A stretch of 64,000 bases of DNA, taken from the human T2T-CHM13v2.0 reference genome, Homo sapiens. Shown here one piece after another: positions 63,858 to 64,000 of this stretch (the first letter of the stretch is position 1; every line of letters starts with the position of its first letter). Under the pieces are notes generated by a model. That model was not told the origin of the DNA, did no database searches, and saw only the letters and a program-made list of their open reading frames with translations. The stretch lies in NCBI RefSeq assembly GCF_009914755.1, contig NC_060929.1, one strand, 5' to 3'. The position numbers and the translations under genes are program-made.

Positions 63858-64000
63858 TTTTTTTCTGTTTTTTGTTTTTGAGATAGAATCACACTCTGCC
63901 ACCCATGCTGAAGTGCAGTGGCTGAATCTCGGCTCACTTCAACCTCTGCCTCCTGGGTTCAAGCAATTCTCCTGCCTCACCCTCCATAGAAGCTGGGATT
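63858..64000 (-). mobile_element. Alu, cut by the window edge
   Basis: Antisense Alu start. Confidence 0.9.

Overview
Primate genomic DNA, most likely human or another catarrhine given the AluY copies. It reads as intergenic or deep-intronic. I find no supportable protein-coding gene, structural RNA gene, CpG island or prokaryotic system, and nearly all supplied ORFs are repeat-derived or chance. The window is dominated by interspersed repeats: about 36 Alu/monomer copies, L1 and L2 fragments, MIRs, LTRs (MSTA x2, MER41, MER52, MLT1, MLT2, LTR33, LTR16, MSTD-like, MLT2A) and DNA transposons (MER1A, MER82, Tigger4a, MER20, MER5, MER58, MER81, MER102, MADE1). The most unusual structure is at 5.7-8.8 kb. 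There, a MER41 LTR piece looks L1-retrocopied (poly(A) tail, 14-bp TSD) and carries tandem GAS motifs. A ~360-bp inverted duplication spans its insertion junction, with a 102-bp perfect outer block and one breakpoint at the centre of a half-deleted MADE1 palindrome. Other candidates are a 50-bp THE1 mini-LTR with intact TSD, a non-repeat 188-codon ORF with Kozak ATG and downstream AATAAA, several local duplications, repeat-poor putative enhancers and an intact MLT2A LTR. All repeat family calls are by eye from remembered consensus sequences, and boundaries of old repeats are approximate.
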